From Anaerolineales bacterium UBA832 (GTDB lineage Bacteria > Chloroflexota > Anaerolineae > Anaerolineales > UBA11657), in the NCBI GenBank assembly GCA_002296125.1, contig DBHI01000034.1, forward strand, positions 2,015-53,649: 51,635 nucleotides of DNA. Direction: 5' to 3'. The notes below the pieces were generated by a model, which saw only the letters and a program-made list of their open reading frames with translations, did no database searches and had not been told where the DNA came from. How positions within the stretch are numbered: position 1 is the first letter of the stretch; every line of letters begins with the position of its first letter. The position numbers were made by a program, and so were the translations under genes. This document shows positions 49,852-51,635 of this stretch, in pieces.

Positions 49852-50598
49852 ATGAGATTTTTATCATCAGAAATATCACAATCAGACAGTAGCATGAGTT
49901 TACTTAACCATCTGTCAGAATTGCGTGTACGTGTTATATATTGTGTTGTGTCTATATTAATATGTTCAGCTATTAGTTTGTTGTTTGCTGAAGATGTAAT
50001 TTTGACTTTGTCAGAACCATATGGAGGATTATTACAAGTTATAGAACCTACTGAGAGTTTTGCAGTATACTTGAGAATAGGTCTTACTATAGGAATAGCA
50101 CTATCTTCGCCAGTTTTGATATATCAAATATTAGCTTTTGTTACTCCAGGTTTAACTATACGTGAAAAGAAAATGATAATATTTGTTTTGCCATTATCAT
50201 TAGTATTATTTACTATTGGCGCTTCATTTGCTTGGTTTATTATGACTCCAGCTGCTATTGATTTTCTTAGTCAATTTATGAATGACATATTTGTAGTGAA
50301 TTGGACATCAAGATCCTTTGTAAGATTTGTACTTAGTATCACATTTTGGATTGGGATAGCTTTTGAAATGCCTTTGGTATTGATGTTTTTAGCTTGGTTA
50401 GGGCTTGTAACTCCAATGTCATTGTTACGTGGATGGAGGCTTGCTGTTGTAATTATTTCTATATTATCAGCTGCTATTACTCCAACTGTTGATCCTTTTA
50501 ATATGATACTAGTTATGGCACCTTTGTTTTGTCTCTATTTATTTAGTATATTGTTATCAGTGTTTCCATATAGGTCTCGTAAAAGAAGAAAAAAGTAA
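49852..50598 (+). CDS. tatC: Twin-arginine translocase TatC
   Basis: HL.ELR.R, P.E.F, PGL...EK, FEMP, AAITPTVDP. Confidence 0.95.
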   Translation: MRFLSSEISQSDSSMSLLNHLSELRVRVIYCVVSILICSAISLLFAEDVILTLSEPYGGLLQVIEPTESFAVYLRIGLTIGIALSSPVLIYQILAFVTPGLTIREKKMIIFVLPLSLVLFTIGASFAWFIMTPAAIDFLSQFMNDIFVVNWTSRSFVRFVLSITFWIGIAFEMPLVLMFLAWLGLVTPMSLLRGWRLAVVIISILSAAITPTVDPFNMILVMAPLFCLYLFSILLSVFPYRSRKRRKK

Positions 50599-50630
50599 CA
50601 CAGGATTAGTAGTAAGAGTTATAATAATTT

Positions 50631-50730
50631 GTGCTATGCCGGTACGGCCTCTAGCGGTGCCCCCCCGCTTTTGCTAAACCGGCATGGTTCTGCATGTATA
50701 TTGGTATATATGCATACAGACTTTTTGTTT
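50631..50730 (+). ncRNA. Candidate small structured RNA (GC-rich hairpin with C-rich loop plus terminator-like hairpin)
   Basis: TATAAT at 50620-25; 11-bp stem 50633-43/50678-88; apical AGCGG-UGCCCCC-CCGCU; second 10-bp hairpin 50691-50714 then a T-run. Confidence 0.5.
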
Positions 50731-50770
50731 AGAAATTTGATCCGTTATTTGTGAGGTATTTATTAGTAAT

Positions 50771-51559
50771 ATGAACAATATGAGTAAATTATCTATTTCA
50801 TCTTCGCGACCTCTTTGTCCGAGATCTAAAGCAATTATTATAGGAGCTTCAAGTGGTATTGGAGCATCATTGGCATTTCGGTTGGCTGAGGAGGGTTATG
50901 TACTGGCATTAGTTTCGAGGAATGAAAATAAATTGAAGAAACTCTGCGATAGTATTAATGATAAGACTTCGGGTGAGGCTGTTTATTTTGTTCACGATGT
51001 AACAGATGATTCAGATATATTTGGACTGTTTGTTAAGATTTGTTCTCAAATTGGTGGACTTGATTTGTTTATATATAATGCTGGAATTCAGTTTCCTAGT
51101 GATCCAGAAATATTTAGTAGCACAAATGATTTGGATGTTTTTCAGGTGAATTTGTTAGGAGCTGTTCGTTGGTTGAATTTAGTTGGCGAACGATTTAGAA
51201 AGTTGAATAAGGGTCATATAGTGTCAATTGGCAGCATTGCAGGTGATAGGGGTCGTGGATCAATGTCGGCATATTCTGCATCCAAGTCTGGACTTCATAC
51301 ATATATGGAAGGTTTTCGTAACAGGTTAGTTCGTCATGGAGTTATAATTACCACAATTAAACCTGGTCAAGTAAAAACTGATCTATTAAAAAATGCTCAT
51401 AAAGAGATGTGGCCAGTATCATCAGAATTCGCTGCAAATTGTATTTACAATGCTATCAAGAAGCGTCGTATGGTAGCTTATGTTCCTGCTAGATGGTATT
51501 TGGTTGGAATGGTAATTTGTCTTATCCCATCTATAATATTTCGTAGACTTAATATTTGA
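50771..51559 (+). CDS. Short-chain dehydrogenase (DprE2-like)
   Basis: GASSGIG, NAG, SIAGDRGR...YSASK, IKPG.V.T, P.RW...I..IP..IFRRL. Confidence 0.8.
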   Translation: MNNMSKLSISSSRPLCPRSKAIIIGASSGIGASLAFRLAEEGYVLALVSRNENKLKKLCDSINDKTSGEAVYFVHDVTDDSDIFGLFVKICSQIGGLDLFIYNAGIQFPSDPEIFSSTNDLDVFQVNLLGAVRWLNLVGERFRKLNKGHIVSIGSIAGDRGRGSMSAYSASKSGLHTYMEGFRNRLVRHGVIITTIKPGQVKTDLLKNAHKEMWPVSSEFAANCIYNAIKKRRMVAYVPARWYLVGMVICLIPSIIFRRLNI

Positions 51560-51569
51560 TCATCTAATC

Positions 51570-51635
51570 ATGGTTAATCTGTTATTGAAACATATAGATC
51601 ACGTTGTTGCTTGGGGTGGAGCAACATATGATTGT
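51570..51635 (+). CDS. 5' fragment of probable FAD-binding oxidoreductase (DprE1-like)
   Basis: ATG 51570 open to the edge (MVNLLLKHIDHVVAWGGATYDC); early xWG motif and position after a DprE2-like SDR. Confidence 0.4.
   Translation, partial: MVNLLLKHIDHVVAWGGATYDC

Overview
AT-rich, gene-dense bacterial chromosome segment read with the standard code 11. I saw no mobile elements, prophage genes or CRISPR arrays. Gene content (F420 cluster, GT-C glycosyltransferase with a C-terminal YVVFVHL domain, LysM-M23 lipoprotein, archaeal-type endonuclease IV, CysO/Mec/CysM/MoeZ) suggests a low-GC Chloroflexota, probably Anaerolineae-like; this is inference only. In order: groEL (partial)-groES-thrS, tRNA-Val(GAC), ridA, surE, a 2-oxoacid:ferredoxin oxidoreductase, a panB-panE-panC-coaX operon behind a structured terminator-containing leader, tRNA-Gly(CCC), and a sulfur-carrier cysteine operon behind a Cys/Met-containing leader peptide. 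Next come an SsnA-led coenzyme F420 cluster without Fo synthase, tdh-kbl, feoA plus a split feoB behind a 48-bp perfect palindrome, DsbA, a membrane Fe-S oxidoreductase, ALDH7, a very long orphan HlyD-like lipoprotein, fabG-nusB-tatB-tatC, a GC-rich candidate small RNA and a DprE2/DprE1-like pair at the right edge. The best candidates for something new are an F420-dependent reductive N-heterocycle catabolic module (SsnA + LLM + Fno), a candidate cysteine-sensing leader peptide, the orphan C-loop RNA and apparent ATT start codons.
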